This document shows positions 61,177 through 64,000 of a stretch of 64,000 nucleotides of DNA, in pieces; position 1 is the first letter of the stretch, and each line of letters begins with the position of its first letter. This stretch comes from the human T2T-CHM13v2.0 reference genome, Homo sapiens, in NCBI RefSeq assembly GCF_009914755.1, contig NC_060932.1; one strand, given 5' to 3'. Made by a program: the position numbers and the translations under genes. The notes beneath the pieces are model-generated. The model worked only from the letters and a program-made list of their open reading frames with translations, had not been told where the DNA came from and did no database searches.

Positions 61177-61685
61177 TGTGCAGGACAGAATAATGGCCCT
61201 GAAAGATGCTGACATTCAAATCCCCAGAACCTGTGACTATATTACCTAACATGGCAACAGGAACTTCAGAGATGTGAATAAAGGTATAGACTTAGAGATG
61301 GGAGATTATCCTGGATCATCCAGGTAGACTCAATGTAATCACATACATCTTTAAATGCAGAGAATCTTTCCTGGCTGGGATTGGAGAAAGGAATGGTGAC
61401 GACATGAGCAAGGTCAGAGAGAGTGTGCACTTTGAAGATGGAAGAAGTGGGCCATGACCCAAAGAATGCCAGTGGCCTTTCTAAAGCTGAAAAAGAGAAA
61501 CAGATTTGATCTTAGAGCCACCTTTTTGGTGGCAGGACCTGAGCCCTGCTGACAATTGCTTTTCATGCAGTAAGAGCCAAACCGTGTAGAACTTCTGACC
61601 TAGAGAACTATAAGATAATAAAGTTGTGTTGTTTTAAGCCACTAAGTTTGTAGTAAACTGTTATGGAAGCAATAGAAAGCATACA
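61177..61685 (+). mobile_element. MLT1 (MLT1D-like) MaLR LTR
   Basis: tgtg...cagaataatggcc...atccccagaacctgtga...gttttaagccactaagtttg...gcaatagaaa..taca. Confidence 0.85.
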
Positions 61686-62089
61686 ACAATGCATTGTGAT
61701 AATAATTAAAAATCCCTGACCAGACATCTTGAGTCTAACTTATAGAACAAGGATGCAATGAACAGCTGGTTGTGGCTCTTCATGGGAATGATCTGTTGGT
61801 AGGCAACTCCCATTCAGTAGTGGGCCTTAATAGAAGGGAATTAATAGTTCTTCTGGAATAAGGAGAAAATAAAATCTTCAGCCTCTGCCTGGAAAATCTT
61901 GAACAGATCAGACAAATTCTCATGGTGGAAGTTGATTCACACTGTTTCAGTTAATTGCTGAGAATTAACATTTACTGATCACTTTATGAAATATTTCAGT
62001 TAATCTTCACACCAATCCTGATTTGTATTCTCCCATTTTACATAAGAAAAACTGCAGGTAAGAAGTTAAGGCAACTACAGGTAAGAAGT

Positions 62090-62660
62090 TAAGAAACACT
62101 TTTACAACTCCAAACAGAAACTCTGTAACCTTTTAGCAGTTATTCCCCATTCCACCTTTCCTTCAGCCCATGGTAACCTTTAATCTACTTTCTGCCTCTA
62201 TGAATTTCTCTATTTTAGATATTTCATATAAGTGGAGTCATACAATATTTGTCCTTTTGTGTTTGGCTTGTTTATTTGGCTTGTTTTCAAGGTTCATCCA
62301 CGTAGTAGCTAGCAGGTGCCAGAACTTCATTCCTTTTTATGGCTGTATTATGATATTCCTTTGTATGCACATACCATATTTTGTTTATCCATTCATCTGT
62401 TGATGGACCCGTAGGGTTTTTTCCCCCTTTTGGCTATTGTGAATAATGCTGCTTTCAATTCTTTGGCTAGCTAGGAGTGGAATTGTAGAGTCATATGGTA
62501 GTGTTTACTTTTTGAGGGACTACCAAACTATTTCCCTATGGCTGAATTATTTTTAATTCCCACCAGCAACGTATGAGGGTTCCACTTTCTCCACTTCCTT
62601 CCCAACACCATCATACTATTTGTTAATATCTAATGGTATCTTATTGTGGTTTTGTGTAAA
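62090..62660 (-). mobile_element. Old L1M fragment
   Basis: tttcaaggttcatcca, tttatccattcatctgttgatggac, ttcccaccagcaacgtatgaggg. Confidence 0.8.
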
Positions 62661-63579
62661 TGAACTTATACATTTATAGCCGTTGCTGAGAATTTTGGTT
62701 ACAATGAATAGAAACCATTCACGTCATCTTTCTATAACATTGAAGTTGGATCCTTTCTGTCTTTTTATTTTCCCTAATTTTGTGCATGTAAAATCACTTT
62801 CGGATGTTTACTACCACTCCCCTGGTTTCCCCCAATCACTAGTGTTCTAGCTCTTGTCCTAGCTTAGAGAGCCAGGTCATCTAGGAAGAGACTCAGGAAC
62901 AGGGAAGAAACTATAGATGGAGCAATTTTGTGCAATAGGGAGATGCATGTGGTATATAAAAGAAGGCAAGGTAGCAGTGTACATAAGGAGTTATATGGCT
63001 ATAAAGGAATGTAAAAATTATGTAAGGGAAAGAAAACATGGGCGTATGGATGGAAAAGTAATGGAGGAAATGATAGCAGCAAAGCAGGTACACTCTGAAT
63101 ATCAGCCAACACTGGAGGAGCCATGCTTCAAAGTCATCATGTCTCTGACTTGTGGCTTCATTATCGAGAGAAAATAGATTTGGATTCCCTAAACCCCATT
63201 TGAGGTAGGGTGATCATGCCCCCTCTTTTTTTCTCTAGGGCAGAGAGGTAGCTCCTGCAACCCTGATAAGGATGGGAAATCCACTTCCCCAGCCCGCCTT
63301 GAACTGCCACAGTAGATCAGACATAATTACACAGTACATTGGCCCAGTGGATCTGGTAAAACTAGCCTGTGAGATTTAGGAAACCTGAAGTTTCACTCAA
63401 AAGGAAAAAAAAAATCATGTTTTTTTTTTCCCCAAGGAGTTGCTCTTTATTAAAATCTTAGATCCTATATTTGATTGGTTATCCCTGAGCAACAGCAAAA
63501 GTGACCCCATGATGGGAGAGCATATTTCACTGTCTCTGTGACACCAGATTTAACTTTCAAAAGAAATTACACACCAGAA

Positions 63580-63950
63580 GCTTGAAAATATGCATGCCAT
63601 TTCACCTTCTGTAATTTATATCAAGAAAAAAAATCAAAGCAATGTGCCAATATTTATGTGCATATTATGCAAGATGATTACTACAAAGTTGTCTATCAAA
63701 AAATTGACAGCCATCTAAATGTCCAACAGAAAGAGATTTGTTAAATAAATTATGGCTTACCCATTTACTAGAATACTATTTTGTCATTAAATTGTAAATT
63801 GTCATTGTAAGTATAAATTTTCATTACATTGTAGAAATTATTAATTCACATGAAAGAATATTCACAAATTATTGACAAAAGAAGTGAATTACAGAAGAAT
63901 AAGGTCTCAATTTGTAATTATCTATATATTTTTTATCAATCTGTATATCT
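63580..63950 (+). mobile_element. Old L1ME-like fragment
   Basis: ctaaatgtccaaca...gttaaataaattatgg...gaatactat. Confidence 0.6.
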
Positions 63951-64000
63951 CTCTATATATCTATCTGTATCTATATATCTACCTCTGTATCTTCAACTGT

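Overview
Primate (almost certainly human) genomic DNA. It holds the complete carbonic anhydrase 13 gene (CA13, + strand: CpG-island promoter, 7 coding exons at 426-36077 giving 262 aa, and a 3' UTR to about 38800), then about 25 kb of repeat-rich intergenic DNA (Alu, L1, L2, MIR, THE1, MLT1, Charlie). The most unusual region is CA13 intron 6 (28166-33018). There an Alu is split by a 4.5-kb class I ERV-derived element whose two termini are both U3 LTR ends in inverted orientation. The element contains three LTR copies, has lost gag-pol, and keeps an ERV3-like env with a 268-codon ORF. That env is in turn split by a solo LTR12C in sense to CA13. Several small template-switch or duplication scars and hairpins are also visible. 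I see no evidence of a new protein-coding system. Repeat subfamily names are from memory of consensus sequences, and most repeat boundaries are approximate.
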